Source of the DNA: Alphaproteobacteria bacterium
Lineage (GTDB): Bacteria; Pseudomonadota; Alphaproteobacteria; Micavibrionales; UBA2020
Direction: 5' to 3'
NCBI GenBank assembly: GCA_041287865.1
Contig: JBGGMV010000037.1
Coordinates: 4,614 to 68,613 of the forward strand
Length of the DNA stretch: 64,000 nt
This document shows, piece after piece, positions 46,574 to 54,665 of this stretch; position 1 is the stretch's first letter; the number at the start of each line of letters is the position of its first letter. Made by a program: the position numbers and the translations under genes. The notes below the pieces were generated by a model that was not told the DNA's origin, did no database searches, and worked only from the letters and a program-made list of their open reading frames with translations.

Positions 46574-46966
46574 TCAGGCAACTACCTGGCTTTCGAGGAA
46601 GCGCTGGGCGTGCAGCCCGTCCAGCACGCGCTCGAACTTGCGGCGCGCCTCGGGCGACAGCGGCAGGAATTCGGCCGCCATGCCGCGCTGCGCGGCCCTG
46701 ACAACGCGGCCTACCTGCCGGATGCTGACGATTTCATGCGCCAGCTTGAATTTCAATGTGAGCTGTATTTTGTCGCCGACCGACATGCCGGCATAGGGGC
46801 TGGTTTCGAACGACACGCCGCCCAGGCTCCAGTCCTTGACCCCGTAGGCCTTGCTGCCCACCTCGACCTCGGCCTTCACGCCATCGTGGCGGATATGCTT
46901 GCGGCGCGTGCCGATATCGTCGTTGCCGGTGCGCAGGCCGATGAGCTCTAGGACGCGATTAATCAT
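46574..46966 (-). CDS. PilZ-domain protein
   Basis: 130 aa with the c-di-GMP binding motifs RRKHIR and DWSLGG. Confidence 0.75.
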   Translation of the reverse strand: MINRVLELIGLRTGNDDIGTRRKHIRHDGVKAEVEVGSKAYGVKDWSLGGVSFETSPYAGMSVGDKIQLTLKFKLAHEIVSIRQVGRVVRAAQRGMAAEFLPLSPEARRKFERVLDGLHAQRFLESQVVA

Positions 46967-47113
46967 GTGTTTTTCCCCCGATGCTGAAACTTATCCCCAA
47001 GCCGATTCTATCTGTTTTGGGGGTAAAAGTTCAAGTTTTTCAACATTCTGGCCCCTGTTTTGCACGTAAAATCAGGGTAATATCAGGTGCTTATGACAAA
47101 ATAGGCGTCTTGC

Positions 47114-47141
47114 TTGACTCAACAAGCCCCCAAAGTATATA
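47114..47141 (+). promoter_or_regulatory. Candidate sigma-70 promoter of rpmI-rplT
   Basis: TTGACT (47114-47119), a 16-nt spacer, then TATATA (47136-47141), about 90 nt upstream of the rpmI ATG. Confidence 0.45.
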
Positions 47142-47230
47142 AATTCTCTCCATAACAGCGGCTAAACCCGCACCCGTCCTCTGGCTCGAATTGGCTGCCT
47201 CGTTGGCGGGATTTTTGAAAGGAAAACAAA

Positions 47231-47488
47231 ATGCCAAAGATGAAGACCCACAAGGGCGCTGCAAAGCGTTTCCGTGTGACGCGCCGCGGCAAGGTTAAGT
47301 CCCGCCCCGCGCACAAGCGCCACCGCCTCACCAGCAAATCCAGCCGCATGAAGAGAGAAGGACGCTCGACGCTCATCGTTCGCGATGAAGACGCCAAGAT
47401 CATTCTCGACAACTTCCTGCCCTACCAGCTGAAGTACACGCGCAAGAAAAAGCGTTACGTCGCTAAGAACAAGAAGGAGGCCGCATAA
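47231..47488 (+). CDS. rpmI: 50S ribosomal protein L35 (with basic C-terminal extension)
   Basis: [23 protein letters not shown]. At 85 aa it is about 18 aa longer than the L35 proteins I remember. Confidence 0.9.
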   Translation: MPKMKTHKGAAKRFRVTRRGKVKSRPAHKRHRLTSKSSRMKREGRSTLIVRDEDAKIILDNFLPYQLKYTRKKKRYVAKNKKEAA

Positions 47489-47859
47489 TGGCACGCGTCA
47501 AAGGGGGCACAGCCTCCATCAACCGCCACAAGAAAGTCCTGAAGCTCGCAAAAGGCTATCGCGGCCGCAGCAGCAAATGCTTCCGCTCCGCGCTGGGACG
47601 TCTTGAAAAGGCTCTCCGTTACGCTTACCGCGACCGTCGCAACAAGAAGCGCGACTTCCGCGGTCTCTGGATCCAGCGCATCAACGCAGGCGCGCGCCTG
47701 CACGGCCTGACGTATTCGACGCTGATGCACGGCCTGAAACTGGCCGGCATTACGCTCGACCGTAAAGTGCTGTCCGACATCGCCATTCGCGATGCCGCCG
47801 GCTTCGGCAAGATCGCCGAGCAGGCGAAAGCAAAGCTGCCCAAGAAGAAAGCAGCTTAA
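47488..47859 (+). CDS. rplT: 50S ribosomal protein L20
   Basis: [27 protein letters not shown]. Its start overlaps the rpmI stop by 1 nt. Confidence 0.95.
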   Translation: MARVKGGTASINRHKKVLKLAKGYRGRSSKCFRSALGRLEKALRYAYRDRRNKKRDFRGLWIQRINAGARLHGLTYSTLMHGLKLAGITLDRKVLSDIAIRDAAGFGKIAEQAKAKLPKKKAA

Positions 47860-47875
47860 GCTTTACGATTGATGA

Positions 47876-48265
47876 TTAAGGTTTGGGCGTCGGGCTTGCG
47901 GTAGCGGGTCCGACGCCAATCTTTTTATTGAGCAGCGCGTTGCCCACTTTCGCCACGCCATCGGTCAGCGCGGCGACTGTCGTGGCCGCGACCTTGACCA
48001 CGCAAAGACCCAGTACAATCCCGCCCGATGTCACGGCGGCGCCCGGCAGTATCGCCGTCATGGCGGCGCCGGTGCCGAAAATAAGACCCGCCACGCCAAT
48101 GCCCGTCAGGGCGCGATCGATGATGCGCGCGGCGCGGCCGAACTTGAAGCCGCCGTATTCGGGATTGCCGGCGATGCGGTTGAATTCGTTGCCCAGGGTA
48201 AAGGGACGCTCTGGCGGCGTTGCAGCCCAGTTGAAAGCTTCGCTGACCCAAGACACGATAGACAC
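47876..48265 (-). CDS. Hypothetical Gly/Ala-rich membrane protein (129 aa)
   Basis: ORF with two Gly-rich hydrophobic stretches (GIGVAGLIFGTGAAMTAILPGAAVTSGGIVLGLCVV). No family recognised. A longer ORF on the opposite strand overlaps it, so the coding call is tentative. Confidence 0.4.
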   Translation of the reverse strand: MSIVSWVSEAFNWAATPPERPFTLGNEFNRIAGNPEYGGFKFGRAARIIDRALTGIGVAGLIFGTGAAMTAILPGAAVTSGGIVLGLCVVKVAATTVAALTDGVAKVGNALLNKKIGVGPATASPTPKP

Positions 48266-48417
48266 CCCGTTTTACACGTTATTACAGACAATTAGATTAT
48301 ATCGGGGGCGTAAGTTTATGTCAAATAATAATATTACCCGATCCGGCCAAACGGATAGAACATATAATGAATCTTGGTGTTTGCAACGGCCTGTCTATCT
48401 GGTCTATTGGTAACATT

Positions 48418-49782
48418 ATGGCGCGTCCGGCTACATTATATGTCTGTCAATCCTGCGGCTCCTCCCACAACCGGTGGTCGGGGAAATGCGAGGCCTGCGG
48501 CGAATGGAATTCCATCGTCGAGGAAGCGCAGAAAGAACGCCCGCCCCAGGGTCTCGGCCGCGCGCGCGGCAAGGCCATCGACTTCACGCCCCTCTCGGCT
48601 GCCACCGAAGCCGTAGTCCGCCGCACCACCGGCATCGGCGAATTCGACCGCGTGACCGGCGGCGGGCTTGTGCCCGGCTCGGCGCTGCTGATCGGCGGCG
48701 ACCCCGGCATCGGCAAATCGACGTTGTTGTTACAGGCAACCGCGTTGCTCTCCAAGGGCGCGAAATGCGCCTATATCTCGGGCGAGGAATCGCTGGAGCA
48801 GGTTCGCCTGCGCGCAGGGCGCCTAGGCGTGACACAGGCGCCGGTAGAGCTTGCCTCCGCCACCAACGTGCGCGACATCATTGAAACAATCGACAAGCAC
48901 CGCTTTGACGCCATCGTCATCGATTCAATCCAGACCATGTATCTCGACAACCTCGATTCAGCCCCCGGCACAGTTGCGCAGGTACGCGCCTCTGCGGCTG
49001 AACTGATCCGCGCGGCCAAGCGTCGCGGCACCTGCCTGCTGCTGGTCGGCCATGTCACCAAGGAAGGCCAGATCGCGGGCCCTCGTGTTTTAGAACACAT
49101 GGTGGATACCGTTTTGTATTTCGAGGGCGACCGCGGCCACAGCTTCCGTATCTTGCGCGCCGTGAAAAACCGCTTCGGCCCCACCGATGAAATCGGCGTG
49201 TTCGAAATGGCGGAACAGGGGCTGATCGAAGTCACCAACCCGTCGGAGCTTTTCCTCGCGCAGCGCCAGCAGGAAATTTCCGGCTCCGCCGTCTTTGCGG
49301 GCATGGAAGGCACGCGCCCCGTGCTGGTGGAGATTCAGGCGCTTGTCGCGCCCTCGCCGCTGGGCACGCCGCGCCGCGCGGTGATTGGCTGGGATCAGGG
49401 GCGTCTGTCGATGGTGCTGGCGGTGCTGGAGGCACGCTGCGGCGTCGTCATCGGCCCGAACGATGTTTACCTGAACGTCGCCGGTGGCCTGAAAATTTCC
49501 GAACCCGCCGCCGACCTTGCCGTTGCCGCTGCGCTTGTCAGCTCGCTGACCGGCACGCCCGTGCCGCAGGATATGATCGTCTTTGGCGAAATCGGCCTGT
49601 CGGGCGAAGTGCGTAGCGTCGGCCAGATGGACAACCGGCTGAAGGAAGCATCGAAACTCGGTTTCAAATCCGCGCTGGTGCCCGGCCTTGCCGGCAAGAA
49701 GCCGCTGAACCCCGGCAACCTGAAACTGACGCAAGCCATGCAATTAAAAGATATCCTGCCCCTGTTTTCAGAGGAGAATTAA
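48418..49782 (+). CDS. radA: DNA repair protein RadA (Sms)
   Basis: The start MARPATLYVCQSCGSSHNRWSGKCEACGEWNS (zinc finger) was chosen. Walker A GGDPGIGKSTLLLQ, a KNRFG motif and a Lon-like C-terminal domain are present. Confidence 0.95.
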   Translation: MARPATLYVCQSCGSSHNRWSGKCEACGEWNSIVEEAQKERPPQGLGRARGKAIDFTPLSAATEAVVRRTTGIGEFDRVTGGGLVPGSALLIGGDPGIGKSTLLLQATALLSKGAKCAYISGEESLEQVRLRAGRLGVTQAPVELASATNVRDIIETIDKHRFDAIVIDSIQTMYLDNLDSAPGTVAQVRASAAELIRAAKRRGTCLLLVGHVTKEGQIAGPRVLEHMVDTVLYFEGDRGHSFRILRAVKNRFGPTDEIGVFEMAEQGLIEVTNPSELFLAQRQQEISGSAVFAGMEGTRPVLVEIQALVAPSPLGTPRRAVIGWDQGRLSMVLAVLEARCGVVIGPNDVYLNVAGGLKISEPAADLAVAAALVSSLTGTPVPQDMIVFGEIGLSGEVRSVGQMDNRLKEASKLGFKSALVPGLAGKKPLNPGNLKLTQAMQLKDILPLFSEEN

Positions 49783-49785
49783 AAC

Positions 49786-50586
49786 ATGACCCCCGACGCG
49801 CTCGATATCATCGTCGCCATCCTGCTGGTTTTATCAGGCCTGATGGCCTGGTTCCGCGGTCTCATCAAAGAGGTCTTTACCATCGTGGCGCTCTTCTCCG
49901 CCTCCGCAGCCTCGTATTTCGGCGGGCAGCTGATGATCGGGCCGTTCGAGCGCTGGTTGAAGGTCGACAAGGTCGCGGGCGAACAGGCGGCCAATGCCGT
50001 ATCGAAGGCCGCCGCCGCCGGCACAGATGCCACCGTCGCCAAAACGAACCTGTTTATGGGCGTCGCCAGCCCCGAGATCGTGGCCAAAGTCGCGGCCTAT
50101 GGCTCTGTCTTCCTGTTTATCTATTTCGTCATGAGCCTGATCGGCTTTTTCCTGTCGCGCACAGTCAATGAGTCAGGTCTCGGCATCCTCGACAAGCTGG
50201 GCGGCGCAGGCTTCGGCTTTGCGCGCGGCTTCCTCGTCGTGTTCCTGCTTTACCTGCCCGTGTCCTTCATGATCGAGCATGAGAGCATGCCGCTCTGGGC
50301 GAAAAATTCGGTGACCGTGCCCGTGCTCGACAAGGCCGTCGCCTTCGCCGACACCCAGTTCGGCCTGCATGACATGATCGTGGATCGCGGCGGAGAGATC
50401 GCCGTGAAGATCGGCAAGAAAATCAATCCCGATGAAATCGGCAAGGACGACATCGAAACGGCGGCAGGCGACGTGACCGTCACGCAAGGCAACAAGTTCG
50501 AGCTCGGCCCCGCCCACCTGCAGGCTGAATTGCAGCAGGAACTGACCGCCGAGGAGAAAGGCATCCCGCATGAGCCGCTCCCATAA
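49786..50586 (+). CDS. cvpA: CvpA-family membrane protein
   Basis: 266 aa with N-terminal LDIIVAILLVLSGLMAWFRGLIKEVF. The radA-cvpA synteny is conserved. Confidence 0.8.
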   Translation: MTPDALDIIVAILLVLSGLMAWFRGLIKEVFTIVALFSASAASYFGGQLMIGPFERWLKVDKVAGEQAANAVSKAAAAGTDATVAKTNLFMGVASPEIVAKVAAYGSVFLFIYFVMSLIGFFLSRTVNESGLGILDKLGGAGFGFARGFLVVFLLYLPVSFMIEHESMPLWAKNSVTVPVLDKAVAFADTQFGLHDMIVDRGGEIAVKIGKKINPDEIGKDDIETAAGDVTVTQGNKFELGPAHLQAELQQELTAEEKGIPHEPLP

Positions 50587-50887
50587 GCACGCAGCGCCCA
50601 AAAGCAAAAAGCGCCTTTACCTGATGGCGGGTGGCGTCTTCGTCGCCGCCTGCGCCCTGTTTATCGCCATCGACCGCCAGCAATTGCCGGCGGGCGTAAG
50701 ATCGAACCCCTATGTTATCGGCGCTTACGAAACGCGTGACGCCGCGCTTGAAAAAGGCGAAGCGCTGCTGGGCCGCAAGGCCGCAGAAGTCGAGCCCGCC
50801 GCAGGAAATGACGACGGCGCAGGGTATAAGCGCGAAGACCGCGCCCGCCTTGAACGCCTGATACGCGAAGGAGCAGAGGATGAGTAA
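50570..50887 (+). CDS. Hypothetical single-TM protein (105 aa)
   Basis: ORF overlapping the cvpA end by 17 nt and the SDR start by 8 nt. One TM helix (LYLMAGGVFVAACALFIAI). No family recognised. Confidence 0.4.
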   Translation: MSRSHKHAAPKSKKRLYLMAGGVFVAACALFIAIDRQQLPAGVRSNPYVIGAYETRDAALEKGEALLGRKAAEVEPAAGNDDGAGYKREDRARLERLIREGAEDE

Positions 50888-51596
50888 TTCGAACAAACGG
50901 CTGGACGGGCGCGTCGCGCTTGTGACCGGCGCGTCGCGCGGCATCGGCGCGGCTGTGGCCAAGGCTTTCGCAGCCGAAGGCGCGCATGTGATTTTGCTGG
51001 CCCGCACGCAGGGCGCGCTGGAAGAAACCGACGACGCGATAAAAGCCCTCGGCGGCAAGGCGACGCTGCTGCCCTTCGACCTCAATGAGAGCAAGAAAAT
51101 CGCCGCCATCGGCCCGACCATCGCCGATCGTTTCAAGCGCCTTGATATCCTTGTCGGCAATGCCGCGATGCTGGGCAACCTCAGCCCCGTCGCCATGTCT
51201 GACCCGAAAGTTTACGAAGAAACATTCCGCGTGAACTTCCTTGCCAATTACCACCTGATCCGCGCGCTCGATCCGCTGCTGCGCGGCTCCGACGCCGGAC
51301 GCGCCATCTTCGTCACCTCCGGCGCCGCGCATATGGGCAGCCCCTTCTGGAGCGCCTATGCAGCCTCCAAGGCTGCGCTCGAGGAAATGGTGGCGTCTTA
51401 CGCCGCCGAAACGGCCTATAGCCCGCTGAAGGTCAACATCCTTGATCCCGGCGTGGTGCGCACCGAAATGCGCGCCGAGGCCTTCCCGGCCGAAGACGCG
51501 AAAACGCTGCCGCTGCCCGAGACCATCACGGGCCGCTTTATCGAACTCGCCCTGCCCGCCTGTGAAAAAAACGGAAAAGTGGTCAAGGCCGCGTGA
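50880..51596 (+). CDS. SDR-family oxidoreductase
   Basis: 238 aa with cofactor motif VALVTGASRGIGAAVA and catalytic YAASKAALE. Confidence 0.85.
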   Translation: MSNSNKRLDGRVALVTGASRGIGAAVAKAFAAEGAHVILLARTQGALEETDDAIKALGGKATLLPFDLNESKKIAAIGPTIADRFKRLDILVGNAAMLGNLSPVAMSDPKVYEETFRVNFLANYHLIRALDPLLRGSDAGRAIFVTSGAAHMGSPFWSAYAASKAALEEMVASYAAETAYSPLKVNILDPGVVRTEMRAEAFPAEDAKTLPLPETITGRFIELALPACEKNGKVVKAA

Positions 51597-52543
51597 GTAT
51601 CGCCAACCCCCACCTGCACGGAATATCGGATGGCTCGCCGCCCACCAGCCTGAAACGCTGGGCGGCTGTGGCTTCGCTGTCAGTCGCGACAGTGCTGGTG
51701 GCGGTCAAGTTCATGGCCTTCCTGATGACGGATTCGGTGAGCTTGCTGTCGTCGCTGATGGATTCGTCGTTTGACGCCTTCGCCTCGCTGATCACCATGC
51801 TCTCGGTCATCCATGCCGCGACGCCCGCCGACGAAGAACACCGTTTCGGCCATGGCAAGCTGGAGGCGTTATCCGCGCTGGGGCAAGCCGTGTTTATCTT
51901 CGGCTCCGCGATCTTCCTGCTGTTCGAATGCGCGCGGCGTTTCGTAACACCCATCCAGATCCACGAACCCACGATTGCGATTGCCGTGATGGTGCTGTCG
52001 ATCGTGCTGACGGCTTTCCTGCTGGTCTTCCAGATTTACGTGATCAAGAAAACAAAATCCGTCGCTATCTCCGCCGATTACCTGCATTACAAGGGCGACT
52101 TGCTGGCGAACCTCAGCGTCTTCGCGGCCCTCGCCCTCAGCTACTACACGAAAATGAAATACGTCGACCCGGCTTTCGCCAGCATCATCGCGCTGACGCT
52201 GCTCTGGGGCGCTTTCTCGATCACGCGGCAGTCCTTCGACATTTTAATGGACAAGGAGATCAGTACCGCCGACCGCGACAAGATCATGGCGCTGGTGACC
52301 GCGCACAAGGACGTGGTGGCCGTGCACGACCTGCGCACCCGCAACACCGGCGACAGGATTTTTATAGAATTCCACATGGAAGTCGACGGCACGCTCTCGC
52401 TCAACCGCGCCCATGCGATTACCGAGGATATCGAGAAAACGCTTTTCGACGCCTTCCCCACCTCGGAAGTCCTGATCCACCAGGAACCCGCCGGCATTGA
52501 CGATCACCGGCTGGATAATATTATCCCCATAAAAAATACCTGA
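51593..52543 (+). CDS. Cation diffusion facilitator (CDF) family transporter
   Basis: 316 aa with six TM helices. The SLLSSLMDSSFDAFAS and HYKGDLLAN metal-site motifs are followed by a cytoplasmic domain. Confidence 0.85.
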   Translation: MSIANPHLHGISDGSPPTSLKRWAAVASLSVATVLVAVKFMAFLMTDSVSLLSSLMDSSFDAFASLITMLSVIHAATPADEEHRFGHGKLEALSALGQAVFIFGSAIFLLFECARRFVTPIQIHEPTIAIAVMVLSIVLTAFLLVFQIYVIKKTKSVAISADYLHYKGDLLANLSVFAALALSYYTKMKYVDPAFASIIALTLLWGAFSITRQSFDILMDKEISTADRDKIMALVTAHKDVVAVHDLRTRNTGDRIFIEFHMEVDGTLSLNRAHAITEDIEKTLFDAFPTSEVLIHQEPAGIDDHRLDNIIPIKNT

Positions 52544-52554
52544 CCGCCTTTACA

Positions 52555-52610
52555 CCTCCCCCTCGGGGGAGGGAGGGGCCCGCGCCCTTGCGCGGGAGGG
52601 TGAGGGGAAC
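52555..52610. repeat. Left inverted repeat (double-hairpin REP-like element)
   Basis: CCTCCCCCTCGGGGGAGG and CCCGCGCCCTTGCGCGGG hairpins. The reverse complement matches 53181-53235 at about 46 of 55 positions in my hand alignment. Confidence 0.8.
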
Positions 52611-52621
52611 TCCGTGACGTA

Positions 52622-53137
52622 TTACTTTTTGACCCACGATGCTATAGGGATCGCGCCTTTTTGATTTGCCAAAATATTCAGCGTATCGAAAGCTCGCGAG
52701 AGTGCGATGTCTTCACAAGCGCCACAATCTGACAGCCACAAAAGCCATTTTTGTGTAGCTTCACATTCCTTCGGGCTTAACTGAGGCCAACGTTTTGCAA
52801 AGAAATCATCCCAAGAGTTAGGGGCATTGCCACGGTCAAGGCAACTTACAAGTGAGCTATTAACTATCAAATTAGGCTGATTCTCCCTAATCCCGGCACA
52901 ATAAATGCCCGGCAAAAAATATCGAAAAGCTTCGGGGGAGAAACCAAATATTGCGTCGTAATATTGCTGTAATTCAGCACACGTTATTTGCTGCCATGCT
53001 TTACCAGTAAACTCTTGAGCATCTTCGTATAAATCAGAATCCGGACTTTCTGCCTTGATGACCGTTTCGGGCATGGCTCGATCTTTGAAAGCCTCCGCGA
53101 TAAAAGTCAGCAATGCTTCAATATCTTCTTGCATCAT
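52622..53137 (-). CDS. Hypothetical cytoplasmic protein in an AT-rich cassette (about 171 aa)
   Basis: The start MMQEDIEALL of ORF 52622-53242 was chosen because the upstream 35 codons only translate the flanking repeat. The codon and GC composition are visibly foreign. It is small, Trp/Cys-containing and has no TM helix. Confidence 0.55.
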   Translation of the reverse strand: MMQEDIEALLTFIAEAFKDRAMPETVIKAESPDSDLYEDAQEFTGKAWQQITCAELQQYYDAIFGFSPEAFRYFLPGIYCAGIRENQPNLIVNSSLVSCLDRGNAPNSWDDFFAKRWPQLSPKECEATQKWLLWLSDCGACEDIALSRAFDTLNILANQKGAIPIASWVKK

Positions 53138-53180
53138 CAATTCATCAAATTTGAACAGGACAAGGTTCGCGCCTTCCAAA

Positions 53181-53235
53181 GTTCCCCTCACCTTCCCATG
53201 CTTCGCATGGGCCCCTTCCTCCCCCGAGGGGGAGG
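53181..53235. repeat. Right inverted repeat (double-hairpin REP-like element)
   Basis: GTTCCCCTCACC..CCCATGCTTCGCATGGG..CCTCCCCCGAGGGGGAGG. Base changes relative to the left copy are compensatory in the central stem. Confidence 0.8.
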
Positions 53236-53245
53236 CGGGCAAGGA

Positions 53246-54664
53246 TCAATCCGTATAAGGGTTCTTCGCGGCCTTCAGCACCATGCGAATCGGCACGGCG
53301 GGCAGGCCGAAATCGCGGCGCAGGCCGTTCACGATGAAGCGTTCATGCGTGTCGGGGTACTGGTCGGGGCGCGACAGCCACAAGGCAAAGGTCGGCGGGC
53401 GGGCCTTCAGCTGCGTAATGTAACGCAGGCGGTTCTGGCGGCCGTTGACCAGCGGCGCGGGGTTCTGCGATTCCATGGCGCGGAGCCAGCGGTTCAGCTT
53501 GTTGGTCGGCACGCGGCAGTTCCAGAGCTTGTAGGCGTCGAGCACGCCCTGCAAAACGCTTTCGACGCGCTGGCCCTTCAGCGCCGAAATCGTCACCAGC
53601 GGCACGCCTTTGACCTGCGGCAGGGATTTATCCAGCTGGTATTGAAGTTCCTCCAGCTTCGCGGCGCGGTCTTTCACGGCGTCCCATTTATTGACGGCGA
53701 TCACCAGCGCGCGGCCTTCCCGCGTGACCAGATCGCCGATCATCAGGTCTTGTTTTTCGAATTCGTTCTCGGCGTCGATCACCAGCACGACGACCTGCGC
53801 AAGACGGATGGCGCGAAGGCTGTCTTCCACCGCCATGCGCTCGATCTCGTTCACGATTTTCGATTTACGGCGGAGACCTGCGGTATCGACAAGGCGAATC
53901 TTGCGGCCGCCGAAGGCCCAGTCCACATGCACAGCGTCGCGCGTCAGGCCCGCTTCGGGCCCTGTCATCGAGCGTTCTTCGCCCACCATCGCGTTCAGCA
54001 GCGTCGATTTGCCGACGTTGGGGCGGCCGACGATGGCGATCTTGATCGGGTTGCTGAGGTCTTCTGCTTCTTCTTCCTCGTCGCCGAAGCCTTTTTCGTC
54101 GCCTTCGTGGTATTTCTGGAAGTAAATCTCGAGGTCTTCTTCCTGTTCTTCGGTCAGCGGCGGGTTGGCGGCGTCGACATGCGGGCGCAGCAGGTCGTAA
54201 AGATCATTCATGCCCATGCCATGCTCGGCGGAAACGGGGATCGGCTCGCCAAGGCCCAGTTCATAGGCCTCCAGCAGTCCCTGCGCCGAGGCCTTGGTGT
54301 CGCATTTATTGACGACCAGCGCCGATTTCACCTTCTGCTTGCGCAGCCACAGGGCGAAGTGCCTGTCCATCGGCGTGATGCCGGTGCGGCCATCGACGAC
54401 CAGAATGGCCATATCGGCCTTTTCCAGCGCGCGTTCGGTCTGCTGGCGCATCCGCGCCTCGATCGAGGCGTCGAAATGTTCTTCCAGCCCAGCCGTGTCG
54501 ATGACGCGGAATTGCAGGCCCATCAGGTTGGCATCCGCCGCGCGCCAGTCGCGCGTCAGGCCGGGGCTGTCATGCACCAGCGCCAGTTTCTTGCCGACAA
54601 GGCGGTTGAACAGCGTCGACTTGCCGACGTTGGGGCGCCCGATGATTGCTAAGGTGAATGTCAT
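53246..54664 (-). CDS. der: Ribosome biogenesis GTPase Der (EngA)
   Basis: 472 aa with two GTPase domains (GRPNVGKSTLFN and GRPNVGKSTLLN) and a KH-like C-terminus. Confidence 0.95.
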   Translation of the reverse strand: MTFTLAIIGRPNVGKSTLFNRLVGKKLALVHDSPGLTRDWRAADANLMGLQFRVIDTAGLEEHFDASIEARMRQQTERALEKADMAILVVDGRTGITPMDRHFALWLRKQKVKSALVVNKCDTKASAQGLLEAYELGLGEPIPVSAEHGMGMNDLYDLLRPHVDAANPPLTEEQEEDLEIYFQKYHEGDEKGFGDEEEEAEDLSNPIKIAIVGRPNVGKSTLLNAMVGEERSMTGPEAGLTRDAVHVDWAFGGRKIRLVDTAGLRRKSKIVNEIERMAVEDSLRAIRLAQVVVLVIDAENEFEKQDLMIGDLVTREGRALVIAVNKWDAVKDRAAKLEELQYQLDKSLPQVKGVPLVTISALKGQRVESVLQGVLDAYKLWNCRVPTNKLNRWLRAMESQNPAPLVNGRQNRLRYITQLKARPPTFALWLSRPDQYPDTHERFIVNGLRRDFGLPAVPIRMVLKAAKNPYTD

Positions 54665-54665
54665 T

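Noticed and set aside
47883-48413. 176-aa plus-strand ORF overlapping the 129-aa minus-strand hypothetical gene
   Set aside because: Neither frame has a recognisable family. I kept the minus-strand ORF tentatively because of its coherent TM and glycine-rich pattern and compact spacing, but the region may be non-coding.
53138-53242. N-terminal 35 codons of ORF 52622-53242 (MPASPSGEEGAHAKHGKVRG...)
   Set aside because: This part is only the translation of the GC-rich inverted-repeat hairpins flanking the AT-rich cassette. I took the start at MMQEDIEAL instead.
53129-54652. 507-aa ORF on the plus strand
   Set aside because: It is fully antisense to the unmistakable der (EngA) gene. Its translation is Arg/Ala/Gly-rich with no recognisable motifs, a typical stop-free antisense frame in GC-rich DNA.
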